A stretch of DNA of 63,253 bases, counting the filler, from Saprolegnia diclina VS20 (lineage: Eukaryota), in the NCBI RefSeq assembly GCF_000281045.1. It is 8 parts of 2 records of this genome, joined end to end, with 100 filler letters (N's around TTAATTAATTAA, not from the genome) between each part and the next. Parts side by side here need not be neighbours in the genome. Positions count along the whole stretch, not along the records: positions 45,632 to 47,629 come from NW_008246089.1; positions 47,730 to 50,945 come from NW_008246089.1; positions 51,046 to 52,842 come from NW_008246089.1; positions 52,943 to 57,797 come from NW_008246089.1; 4 more parts are not named here. One strand, written 5' to 3'. The notes below the pieces were generated by a model that did not search any database, had not been told where the DNA came from, and saw only the letters and a list, made by a program, of their open reading frames with translations. Numbering within the stretch: position 1 is the stretch's first letter; each line of letters begins with the position of its first letter. The position numbers and the translations under genes are program-made. Of the stretch, positions 47,205-57,797 are shown one piece after another.

Positions 47205-47629
47205 CTAGATGGCGGCGCGGCTGTTGCGGGACTCTTCGCGTTGTGCTTTGGCGAAGATGGCCATTTGCTTGTTTAGCGTCGTGTCGCCGCGCCGCTTGCG
47301 GCGAATGATAAAGGCCCCCAGAGACGCCACGACGACGAACGCCACGAGGCCCACCGCGAGCGACACGGACGGGCCATACGACGAGGATCCGCCAATGCTG
47401 TACTTGGTGCACCGGGGTCCGGTCCACGCCGTCACGCACGAGCAGCGTCGGTCCACGCATCTGCCTGTGAAGCTTGTAACGACCGTGCAGTCGTCGTCGC
47501 TGTTGCACATGGCGCCGCCCGCGACCTCGATGTCCATGTTGAGCGGGTCCGTGTAGTTGGAGATGTGCGCCTTGATAAACTCTTTGGTCGGGTGGCTTGC
47601 AGGATCACAGCCGTAGCTCATCTTGGAGC
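47205..47629 (-). CDS. C-terminal fragment of KRE6/SKN1-like GH16 protein with EGF-like domain and TM
   Basis: MSYGCDPASHPTKEFI, EVAGGAMCNSDDDC...GRCVDRRCSC..WTGPRC, then a TM and RRKRR. 5' part cut by the spacer. Confidence 0.8.
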
Positions 47630-47729
47630 NNNNNNNNNNNNNNNNNNNNNNNNNNNNNNNNNNNNNNNNNNNNTTAATTAATTAANNNNNNNNNNNNNNN
47701 NNNNNNNNNNNNNNNNNNNNNNNNNNNNN
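47630..47729. other. Artificial scaffold-joining spacer
   Basis: TTAATTAATTAA at 47674-47685. Confidence 0.97.
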
Positions 47730-47954
47730 CACGCTGCATGGAGCAGAGACGTGAATTCGATCATGCCTTTGAACCGTTGTGGGCTCACGTGTGGCAGCTA
47801 CGGAGATTGCGTTTCATTTTTCTGGCACCCCACGTTGGGCTATCCGATATGAGTGGGGTAACGTCTTTGCTGCATCGGCGCCGGGAGGTCGCCCACCCGC
47901 GTGCTCTTGCACACAACTATGTCGCGTTCTCGTTGACGCGCATCAAATGCACGA

Positions 47955-48159
47955 ACTGGACGCCAACGTAGTAGAGCCACTAGTTGTCCGCATCCCGACC
48001 GCCATATATTGGCTCGCAATTGTGCGACCATACATGTTTGAGGGGCGTCCAGAACCCACAAGATGTTCCAACGACAGCACTGGACGCCAACGTAGTAGCG
48101 CCAATAGTTGCCCGCGTCCCGAACGCCGTGCATTTGCTCGCAATTGGCGAGCATACATG
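47955..48159 (+). repeat. Two-copy degenerate tandem repeat (about 124 bp period)
   Basis: actggacgccaacgtagtag...gctcgcaatt...catacatg at about 47955-48036 and 48079-48159. Confidence 0.8.
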
Positions 48160-48454
48160 CGTCTCGAGTCCACTAAATCTCCTGGGTACGTGTTCTGGGT
48201 TTTCGACCCTTCGACCTGCATTGCGCAACCCACGACCCTTCGACGCACCTCTTCGCGCGATCCTTCTACAAAACTAGTGTTCTATCGATGTCTAAGGTGC
48301 ATTCTACGCTACCAATACACCACTCTTGCATTAGCCAAGCTTGAGTCACCACACCAATCCCCAGGTGAGAACAGTACGCGTCTCTTTGCATCACTTGATA
48401 ATCTGAGACTTACGTCGATGATGTGGGGCAGTAATACGAATGGCGAAATACTCA

Positions 48455-48762
48455 TGATTGGCGAGATGCTCAATGTGCTGCAGTCGATCCAACTGCTGTT
48501 TGCGCTGCTGCCCATCTTACATTTCACGAGCCACGTGGGTCTTCTGGGCGCCTTTGTCAACTCGACGACGACCAAAGCCGCGGGCTGGGCGGTTGCGCTC
48601 CTCGTCTGTCTCGTCAACCTCTACCTCGTCATGCAAAAGGTTGATGTGACCGCGATGGGCCCAGCGTCTCTTCTCGCGTTCGTCTCGGCGGGTACGAGTT
48701 ACGCGGCGTTTCTTGCTTACCTTGTGCACACGGAGCTCCAGCAGTATGATGATATGATATGA
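48455..48762 (+). pseudogene. NRAMP (SLC11) metal transporter C-terminal fragment
   Basis: EMLNVLQSIQLLFALLPILHFTS...LGAFVN...GWAVALLVCLVNLYLV matches the NRAMP TM10-11 pattern LNVLQSxQxPFALxP. No upstream NRAMP coding sequence is visible in this segment. Confidence 0.72.
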
Positions 48763-48809
48763 TATGGATTGAAATCTTTATACAGACTAAAGACTCCACC
48801 AACTAAGAC

Positions 48810-49718
48810 TTACGTACTGGATGTGTGTAGAACGTCGGCGGCCAAAAGCTCTGCAACGTGCTGGAGTTCATCGTCCGGCAGTACGTCATGCCGTCCGTCG
48901 TCGGGATGCGCGTACGAGGTACAGTCGTCGGGCGCGAGCTTGGACAAATGATCGGTGGCTTGGTTGAACTCGCGAGGGTGGTGTTCCCATGTGCACGTAA
49001 AACATGCCGCGAGCTCTCGCGCCTGGACATGCAACTTCTGCAAGCGAGCCTCTTGGACCCGGAAGATGCCCTTCACCAGCTGCATCAGCAGCATGCTGTC
49101 TCCGCGTACCGTGAGATGCGTCACTGCCAGTCGCTGTGCTAACTGTAGCGCCGTGATCAAACCGTCATACTCAGCCTCGTTGTTCGTTGTCGCGGTATCA
49201 AGGTAGTTGGCCTGGTACACCACGCTTTGGGACGGTTCAGTCAAAAAGACGAGCGAGCCGCTACCGCCGCAATGCGGGTCTTTCCGAGCAGCGCCATCGA
49301 AGTACGCGACCCCCGCACGCGAGGTCGTGTGGCACACCGGGTCGAGAACCGCGTGCTCGCCGTGTTGCTGCACGAGCGACTCGAAGACACGAGCTCGGAG
49401 CGCGTGATGACGTCGAGTGTGGTACTGGCGTTGCGCCTCGCAGTAGTCCAAAGTGACCTACCGGACGTTCGCGAGGTCCGGCAGCGCATCGTCGGGAGCG
49501 TGCATCTTGCGACAGCGTTGATTCCAGAGCGTTCGGAGCGTGAGGTAGCGTAGCATCTGCCAGGCTTGCTGCCCGAATATATTGGCGGAGCAGCCTCGAT
49601 TATCGCCGACACGCGCTGAGTGCTGAGTTGCAGTTCGGAATTTACCTTGCAGCCCGCCGACGACCATGGCAAGCGCCTCCGCCGTTGGCAGCAACTACGT
49701 CGTGTCACGTCTCGCGCC
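48810..49718 (-). mobile_element. 3' end of degenerate L1-like non-LTR retrotransposon with C-terminal archaeal-type RNase H
   Basis: RNase H motifs YFDGAAR..GGSG, TNNEAEY, VRGDS and HHPREFNQATD. In-frame upstream WQMLRYLTLRTLWNQRC resembles the L1 post-zinc-finger IWxxRN motif. In-frame stop at 49458; runs into an N gap. Confidence 0.72.
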
Positions 49719-50398
49719 NNNNNNNNNNNNNNNNNNNNNNNNNNNNNNNNNNNNNNNNNNNNNNNNNNNNNNNNNNNNNNNNNNNNNNNNNNNNNNNNNN
49801 NNNNNNNNNNNNNNNNNNNNNNNNNNNNNNNNNNNNNNNNNNNNNNNNNNNNNNNNNNNNNNNNNNNNNNNNNNNNNNNNNNNNNNNNNNNNNNNNNNNN
49901 NNNNNNNNNNNNNNNNNNNNNNNNNNNNNNNNNNNNNNNNNNNNNNNNNNNNNNNNNNNNNNNNNNNNNNNNNNNNNNNNNNNNNNNNNNNNNNNNNNNN
50001 NNNNNNNNNNNNNNNNNNNNNNNNNNNNNNNNNNNNNNNNNNNNNNNNNNNNNNNNNNNNNNNNNNNNNNNNNNNNNNNNNNNNNNNNNNNNNNNNNNNN
50101 NNNNNNNNNNNNNNNNNNNNNNNNNNNNNNNNNNNNNNNNNNNNNNNNNNNNNNNNNNNNNNNNNNNNNNNNNNNNNNNNNNNNNNNNNNNNNNNNNNNN
50201 NNNNNNNNNNNNNNNNNNNNNNNNNNNNNNNNNNNNNNNNNNNNNNNNNNNNNNNNNNNNNNNNNNNNNNNNNNNNNNNNNNNNNNNNNNNNNNNNNNNN
50301 NNNNNNNNNNNNNNNNNNNNNNNNNNNNNNNNNNNNNNNNNNNNNNNNNNNNNNNNNNNNNNNNNNNNNNNNNNNNNNNNNNNNNNNNNNNNNNNNNC

Positions 50399-50659
50399 AT
50401 CGACGAAGAGGCATCGACGTTGGCCTACCGATTGTACGAGATCTTGCATGTCGGCGACCTCCCGGTGCCGTCGCAGCAAGGGACGCTGACGGCCGAGGAC
50501 GATGCAGCTGCAGGTGATCACATCCTCCGCTTCGACACGCGGACTGTCTTGGCGATTCCTCCTGGACTGGATTTGCCGCCTCGAATGAACGACTTTTGCA
50601 ACGTGGACTTGCTCGAGCTGCTCCAAGAAACACATGATGACATGCTCGACGACGAGTAG
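50399..50659 (+). CDS. 3' fragment of unknown protein
   Basis: Open frame IDEEASTLAYRLYEILHVGD...DMLDDE* with coding-like codon usage after an N gap; family not recognised. Confidence 0.4.
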   Translation: MDEEASTLAYRLYEILHVGDLPVPSQQGTLTAEDDAAAGDHILRFDTRTVLAIPPGLDLPPRMNDFCNVDLLELLQETHDDMLDDE

Positions 50660-50945
50660 TCAGATATGATCTTGCATCGTATTGTGTTAACGCTGAGCAA
50701 CGAATGTTCTAACCAAAACATCGCAAGCAAGATGTGACCAAGAAGCAGTCGGTCTGGGATTCGTCGTCCACCTGGTCATGCCTTTTATACGTTGTGGGCT
50801 CACTTGTGGTAGCAACTGGGTTTTGATGCTTTCTGGAGCGCAACATTGGACTGCCCGAGACGCGAAAACGACGCTTGGACATCATCTACTGGTGGACGCC
50901 GCGACGTGTGCATGGCAGCAGCTGAGCGGATTCACGTTGCAAACG

Positions 50946-51045
50946 NNNNNNNNNNNNNNNNNNNNNNNNNNNNNNNNNNNNNNNNNNNNTTAATTAATTA
51001 ANNNNNNNNNNNNNNNNNNNNNNNNNNNNNNNNNNNNNNNNNNNN
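50946..51045. other. Artificial scaffold-joining spacer
   Basis: TTAATTAATTAA at 50990-51001. Confidence 0.97.
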
Positions 51046-51270
51046 CCTCTTGGGCATGATGGGCACGTCGTCGTCCGAAGCCAGGTCGAGCACGAGCCGT
51101 CGCTTCTTGGCATTGATGGATGGCCGCCGGAGCTCCTTCTTGGCCGCCGTCGAGAAGAGCGTGATCCACGCCAGGTTGTCCTTGAGCGACGCCTCGAGCG
51201 CTGCGCGGGCCTCCTTCTCGCCGCGCTGGAGGTGGCTCTGCACGGTCCGGATGTGGTCCGTGTCGGCCAT
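51046..51270 (-). CDS. 5' fragment of hypothetical nuclear protein (possibly INCENP N-terminus-like)
   Basis: MADTDHIRTVQSHLQRGEKEARAALEASLKDNLAWITLFSTAAKKELRRPSINAKKRR: a helix with a DNLxW motif followed by an NLS-like tract. Truncated by the spacer. Confidence 0.45.
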
Positions 51271-51682
51271 CCCGGCGATGTTTTCAAGTTTTTCACGTCC
51301 TTCGCTCGGATTGGCTATTTTTACAGCGCGCCAAATGCCACCATTCAAAGCGCATACAAAATCCAAGTTATTTTAATTCCATTGCAGCCAAGCCGGCTTT
51401 CTCACCGACCTCGCAAGGACATGCTGTCGCTGTCGTCGCAGCGCGCAGCGCCATCACCCGCCGGTCGAGTATTCATTGCATATATACTTATATACCCTAG
51501 CAGCAGCTGCCAGTGACGCATGCGTGAAGGAGTGCACTGCATTTAACCTATTTAACCTTTGATGTTGCCTATTTAACGTCATTACGCCAATCTCCAAGAT
51601 ACAGGTCTGAGCCAAGCGGCGCGAGGCGCTTTGATGGGCTAAAGAGGTGAATTCGTTCGCACAAAGGTAAAACACATATTGT

Positions 51683-52525
51683 CTACGGCTCGGTGGACTG
51701 GTATGGACGACGAAGCAGCAGTTGGTGGAGCGGCATCCGCTCAAAGCCGGCATCCTCGAGCCCGAGGCCACCGGCGTCCAGTCGCTGCAGCGGAGGCACG
51801 CTGCACGTCGCGTAGGCGAATCGGTGGCGAAGCTCCTGCGCGAGGAGTCTCGCATGTTGCTGGCTTGGCGACGGGTCGACGAGGCACGCGACTTGTACGG
51901 TCGCATCGTCCTTGGCGGCAAACACCAGGAGCGCGTCGCCGAGCTTCCAGCACTGTAATGGCGCGGAAGACGAACGCAGCGTTTTCGGAAGCACTTGGAG
52001 TGGCAAGTCCGACGCCACCGGAAGACTCTCGAGGTACGCAAATGCCGTTGACACGTCGACCGTCTCGGGCGTGCACACGGATTCCTTGCTTGGCTCGGCA
52101 GTGTAGCCAAAGAGCGGGCTCACAGCGGCGAGCCCTCGGCTTTCGTAGAGCCGGAGCGCCTTTTCGTTTTGTGCAAACACCTCGAGCTCTGTCCCCAAGC
52201 CGTCCTCTGTCGCGCGTGCGATAAAGTCATCGAGAAGGCGTGCGCCATGACCGGCCCGCCGCGCGGCGACGACGACGCCAAGCGACGCGAGGCGGCGGAA
52301 TCTGGATCCGTCGGGCCGCTGGGACGCCAGCGCAAAGGCAAGAATGCGGCCGTCGGCGTCAACCAGAGCCGTGCTGAGTGCGAGGTCAACGCCGTGGCGC
52401 GCGAGCAGCGTCGGCCACTGCTCCAACGCCACGTCGAAGCGCACGAGGTAGTCCGAGTAGGCCGAGAGGAACGCAGCGTGGAGATCAACGGACGCAATGC
52501 TCTCGCATGGCACACAGCGCGTCAT
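51683..52525 (-). CDS. GNAT-family acetyltransferase, bacterial-like, intronless
   Basis: LHAAFLSAYSDY...LARHGVDLALS, motif A LASLGVVVAARRAGHGARLL, motif B LEVFAQNEKALRLYESRGL, and a degenerate second GNAT half ending LEDAGFERMPLHQLLLRR. Confidence 0.85.
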   Translation of the reverse strand: MTRCVPCESIASVDLHAAFLSAYSDYLVRFDVALEQWPTLLARHGVDLALSTALVDADGRILAFALASQRPDGSRFRRLASLGVVVAARRAGHGARLLDDFIARATEDGLGTELEVFAQNEKALRLYESRGLAAVSPLFGYTAEPSKESVCTPETVDVSTAFAYLESLPVASDLPLQVLPKTLRSSSAPLQCWKLGDALLVFAAKDDATVQVACLVDPSPSQQHARLLAQELRHRFAYATCSVPPLQRLDAGGLGLEDAGFERMPLHQLLLRRPYQSTEP

Positions 52526-52782
52526 GTTGGCTACTGGACACTCAGGTCAGCTGCGGAAGGAACATCGCATTGATCGGCGCTGTTCCGCCTTTCTACGCTA
52601 ACCGGACACTCCGGATAATGCGTGTCAAAGCTCAGGATCGCAAGGCCAGTATGCCAGAAGTCTCATCAGCTCCTTTTGTTGGCTCTATGAGGTTACTAGT
52701 ATACACAAAGGCGATATGTGATGTGCTTACATGACATGCTTAGTATCCCAGGTTAATACGAGCACTTCGCTACGTATACCAC

Positions 52783-52842
52783 TCACGCTTCGTCTTCGTC
52801 GATGCTGTGGACGGTCATCTTGTCCATGTACCCGCCTTCGTG
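52783..52842 (-). CDS. Extreme 3' end of a gene cut by the spacer
   Basis: HEGGYMDKMTVHSIDEDEA* with GC3-rich codons followed by an AT-rich 3' region. Confidence 0.4.
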   Translation of the reverse strand, partial: HEGGYMDKMTVHSIDEDEA

Positions 52843-52942
52843 NNNNNNNNNNNNNNNNNNNNNNNNNNNNNNNNNNNNNNNNNNNNTTAATTAATTAANN
52901 NNNNNNNNNNNNNNNNNNNNNNNNNNNNNNNNNNNNNNNNNN
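52843..52942. other. Artificial scaffold-joining spacer
   Basis: TTAATTAATTAA at 52887-52898. Confidence 0.97.
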
Positions 52943-53023
52943 ACATCCCATTCATACAGAAAACGCGGCAAACGTAAAACGACTTCTACTTCGATGACAC
53001 ACTTTGGCGCTCGCTCTCCATCG

Positions 53024-53389
53024 CTACAACTCGGCGTCGTCGTCGTCGTCGTCGATGAACTGCATGCTGGGCGGGTACTTTGCAAAGAGGACGGTCGGAA
53101 TCGTCATGAGGTTGTCGATGTAGTCGTCGACAGACTTGGAGAGGGACGTGACGCGGTCCATGAGAGCGCTTGACACGTAGCGGCCTGTCAGTTGCTGCTT
53201 GGTCGCGAGTGAGGCACTGCCAGCGGTATTGATACGAGTTGAGGACGTTGTGGCAATGCATCGCGCGAGTGAAGCCAGCACAGCGGGCGAGTGGACGTTG
53301 TGACGGCTGCGACCACAGCGCGCACTTGGCGGCAGCGGGCGCCCGGCGTAGCGCATGCAATGACCGGAAGTCTGGCGAAGAAGAGACAT
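53024..53389 (-). CDS. Small hypothetical protein with acidic tail
   Basis: The 3' half (ALMDRVTSLSKSVDDYIDNLMTIPTVLFAKYPPSMQFIDDDDDDAEL*) has a coding-like GC3 bias; the start is uncertain. Confidence 0.45.
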   Translation of the reverse strand: MSLLRQTSGHCMRYAGRPLPPSARCGRSRHNVHSPAVLASLARCIATTSSTRINTAGSASLATKQQLTGRYVSSALMDRVTSLSKSVDDYIDNLMTIPTVLFAKYPPSMQFIDDDDDDAEL

Positions 53390-54220
53390 GCTGCTTGGGA
53401 GTTGAGCGTTGCTTGGTGAAGGGCAAAACCAGAAATGACACGGTGTTGCGTGACGCTCGCAATCGATTTGCCCTTGAACCCGTTTCGGATACGCGTATCT
53501 TTTGGGTTATTGCCCCGGTTTGTCCCTCACTATCCGGACGTTTGAAAACAACACTGTGGTATCCGGTCAAATGAGGCAGTTTCACCCAATTTTGCCCAGT
53601 TCCGCCCACCGGATACCAGGCGGGAGGTAAATCCCACACAGCGCCGTCATGGTAGCAAGAGGTGCGATATGCTTCTATCATCGAGCGGTAATACTAGTAG
53701 TCCCGTGCGGGCTGAGCTGGCAGGAACTTTTGAATGCGAAGCGTTGTCTTGCGGTAGTTACGACGACGGTGCGTTGTCCTAGACAAAAGCCAACACACGA
53801 CCTCGCTTGAGGCTGAGGTGCGCAGACTTTTCCGGGCACTGGTACGCTGTAGCTGGGCCTCGGTATGCAATTCCCTGGGATCAAGAGTATACACAACAAG
53901 TATTGGATTTATGAGCTCTTGCTCGAATGGTGTGGAAAAGAGTTTGATCTTGGAGACGCCTCGTTCAGGTCGTTGCTAGTGTTCTCACCAGCAGATACAA
54001 CCGGTATGACTGCTTCTGGCGGTACACTGTAGATTGGTAGCCTTACACTGGTTTCACGAGCCCACCAGATCTGTGTGGCAGAGCATTTTGGTCTGCGATG
54101 CGTTTTGTCCAAGGCCCTCGAACACGACGCTTTGAAACGGTTACACCCTTTGACCCTAAAAAGGCGCAAGTCGTTTCGCCCAGCACTTCCAAGACCGACC
54201 CGAGGTGCAGCAGTCGACCC

Positions 54221-57200
54221 ATGACGTCCGTGCAACCGATGACTGCGCTCGTCGCCGACTCTACCCCGTTCACTGCGCGTCGCGCCACAACCATGACGGT
54301 GTACCAGGACACAGGAACCATCGTGAGCGTCATCTGGGCCTTGGCCGGCGCCTTGTACCTCGTCGGCACCTCGGTCTTGAGCATCTACTTCGTGGACCTC
54401 TTGGGCCCGAGCATGACCAACGACCTCTTCTGGGCGGGCTTCAACACAACAGGCACGCAGTCGTTTGTCGCCGACGCCTTCAATCGGGCGCTCACCTCTG
54501 CGACGAACGTCTCGACCGCGCTCGATTTACGCAGCCCCGGCCTCTTCTTCAACAGCGACTACAGCAGCAGCGTCAACCAGGTCGGCGTCAACCCCTCGTA
54601 TATTCGGAGCGTTCTCGATACCATGACGCTGCATGAAGCTGTCCGTGGGCTCCGCGCCGTCACGATGGAGTATGCGCTCTGGCTGCCGACGCAAAACTGC
54701 TGGGTCGACATGGATCGTCGCTGGGAGCTTGCCCACACGCTGCGGCGCCAAGCCCGGTGTGCTGCGTTGGATGGCGACAACGCAGCCGTGTACCTCGAGG
54801 CGCTGCTTCGTAATGTCGACGCAGACAACTGGGCGAGCACGGCGGGCTCGGGCTTTCAAACGGCGATTCTCGACGCAGTATTACATGATGCCGATGGCCC
54901 GGCGTGGGTGGCCGCGACGGCCAGCGCCGCCACATCGGTCGACGACGAAGTCACGTACTGGGCGACGTATAATCTACGCCGGTTTGCACTGCATTGGCAC
55001 AACCTCTGGCAAGGCGGTATCAAGGAGACCGTTGTGATCGCGAATGCCCTCGGCATGGAAGAGAGCATTAGCGTCAAGAACCTGCCAATCGCGTCGCGAG
55101 ATGGTACGTGGACGAGTCTCAACTGCTACTGGGCGCTCTTCAACGATATCTGGGCGGCGGGCTTACTCAACACGTCCCTCGTACGCACCAATGGCAGTGA
55201 AGTGGACTTTGAAATCGTTGTTGGCGTCGACCCGACCTTGCTGCCTGTACAGCTTTGGCATGCGCACATTGGCCCGTTCCTCTCGATCGACATGCGTCAC
55301 GTGCCACTTCCGCCCTCGCTGGCGTCGCTCGCGATCTTGTTTGACGCAGCGTTCGCACGCGCCATCGCCAAGAGTCCAGAGCTACTTCACAGCAACCGCA
55401 CCGTGCTCGCGACGCCGTCGTCGTGGCAACAACCGACGCTGTCGTACTACGGCGGTAACCCTTTCTGCGTCACAGGCGCCAACCAGACGTACGCCCAGCC
55501 AACGTTTGGCTTTTACGACATTTGCGGCGCCCAAGACCAGATGACTTTGACGTACTCAGCGCACAGCCTAAGCTTTGCGCTGCTGGGTGCGAGTACCAGC
55601 GCTAGCAGTATCCTGCTATCGCCACAAGAGCTCTGTGACCATTCACCCGATTGCGTGGGTGACCTTGTCGCCGCGACCTCGTTCGTCGCGGGCTCCAAGG
55701 ACTTTGCAGCTCTCACGCCGCTTTCAGCCATCGCAGCCAATGTATTGTCAACCCTTCAAGTCGAGGTCATGCAGTTTGCGATGGTCAATGGCTCGGACCC
55801 AATCTTACTCCATCAAATGTTGATGGAATGGGGTGTCTTTGGCTGGGTGCACCTCTACGACTGGGCGATCGGGACGCGGGAAGTGGTCAAGTTCGAAGGT
55901 GACGTCGGCTCAATGACGCTCATCTCGACAGCAGTACCCCCGATCGGCTTTGACGCCATGGCGCTGGAAGTGCCCCGGAGCACGTGCAACTATCTCTTGT
56001 ACATTGCTATTTACTCGACCGCTGTCCTGGGCTTTGTCGCGGCATTTGCGCTCCTGCGCTGTTTTTGGATCGAGTTTCGCATTGCGGGTCGCAACCTCTT
56101 CTTCTTCAACCGCGTCGCCGCCTTTGTCTGGGTCGGCCGCCCCGTCTTTCTCGTGCGAGGTGTCACAGCCATCATCCTTCTAAGCACAGCGCCCATGACG
56201 CTAACACCGCGCCACGGCTGGACCGGCCTCGCCTTTGAGACGCGGTCCTTTCTTGAGACGGCGGTTTTGACGGGCGAAGTCGCTTGGCTCTCGTACGTCC
56301 TTGTTGACATTCTCCTCATTATCTTCCCCGAGAACGCACCCCAATACGCACCGTTGAGCGCAGCCTTGGCGTGGGTTGGTATCCTTCTCTATTCGATGTT
56401 GAATCCGGTGTCGCCCACGGCGTCATTGGATCGGACCTGCGCGAGCGTCAACTTTGATTGCCAGCTCATTTGTGAAAGCGGACGTCTTGAAATCGGCAGC
56501 TGGGTGCGCACGGAGACCCTGGTAGCGATCACCGTAGGGTGCATTCTCGTTGCCATTCCCCTCGTGTATATGTGTCGCCGAGTCGCACGCATTGCGCCGT
56601 GGAGTGGTCTTGAACATGAAGTCAAGCCGACGGTAATTCCGGCGGCCGGGGAAGCGTTCTTGAACCTCCGCGTGCTCACGCTTGAGAACTCGGTCAATTG
56701 GTGCATGGACCATGCCATGTGCACACTCTGCGGGCTCATTCCGTTTGAAGTGAACGGCAGCAACTACGTCTTTGACATCAAGCTCTGGGTCGTCTGGAAG
56801 AAGAAACAACAGACGCCCGAGAAACATGCAACCGAACATCAAAGAACCGACTCGACGCTGCACATGCGGTCGCCGTCGCTCTCGATGCGAGCGCGACCCA
56901 TTGCAGCAGCGATTCTCCTGGCGCCCCTCACCGAAGCGGCTTCCGAGACAAAGTACGTTGATACCAGTACGACATGGTTGGGTCACCTTTTGCACTACTG
57001 CCGCCGTGTCCCATGGAATACATTGATGGTCGTGCTCGGCTGTGGCTACCTTCTACTGACGATCGCTAGCAGCGTCGTCTTTATCTCGGTCTCGGGCCAG
57101 AACCTCGCCAACGACTTTTTCTGGCCCGGCTTCAACAGCACCGGCATCGACGCCTTTCTTGGCAATTGGTTCAACACGCAGCTGTTTTATGCCACTTTGC

Positions 57201-57797
57201 CCATGACGTGGCGCCTCGACGACGTCGGGTTCGCTGATGCATTGCTCTACAATGGCTCGACGACCTTGGTCATGTCCCAGTCACTGTACAACAACGTCAT
57301 CTACATGGAGACCCTCGCGAATGACCTCGGTGCTGCGATCGCCGGTCTCCGGATGACGCCCCCGAGCACGCTACCGTATGTGTTTACCTCGTTTTGCTAC
57401 CTCGACTTTGAGCGGCGCTGGGCCATGGCCAACTCGGCGACTCGGCAGTCGCGGTGCGCAGCCTACCATACGAACGGGGCAGTGTACCTTGAGGCGTTTG
57501 TTCGCAATACCGACTGGGCGAGCTTCCAGCACACGTGGGGGGACGCCTTTGAGATTGCGTTTGGTACCGACTTGAACACTAGTGCGGCCGGCATGGCCTG
57601 GCGCTCCAGTAGTTGCGATCCTGGCACGAGTGTTGCGGACGAAGTGCGACTCTGGACCAAACACGCGATTTCCTCATTCACGCTGCAGTGGCAAAACTAC
57701 AAGCGGCTCGGCCTCTTTGATTCGTTCGACGTCGAGACTGCGTTTGGCTTTCGCTACGCCATGACGCTCAAGCACACCGTTGGCACGTGGGCGTGGC
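54221..57797 (+). CDS. Large multi-pass membrane protein of an oomycete repeat family (NDxFWxGFN modules), 3' truncated
   Basis: Intronless ORF of more than 1190 aa. The module NDLFWAGFNTTG..CWVDMDRRWELAHT..RQARC..NAAVYLEALLRN recurs as NDFFWPGFNSTG..CYLDFERRWAMANS..RQSRC..NGAVYLEAFVRN, with several TM helices between. Start codon uncertain. Confidence 0.82.

Noticed and set aside
47955..48159. Repeat-spacer-repeat pattern as a CRISPR array
   Set aside because: Only two long degenerate units, eukaryotic context and no cas genes.
48810..49451. Cellular RNase H1 gene
   Set aside because: No ATG start (TTG in the track), in frame with an upstream retroelement-like region across a stop, and located among repeat debris.
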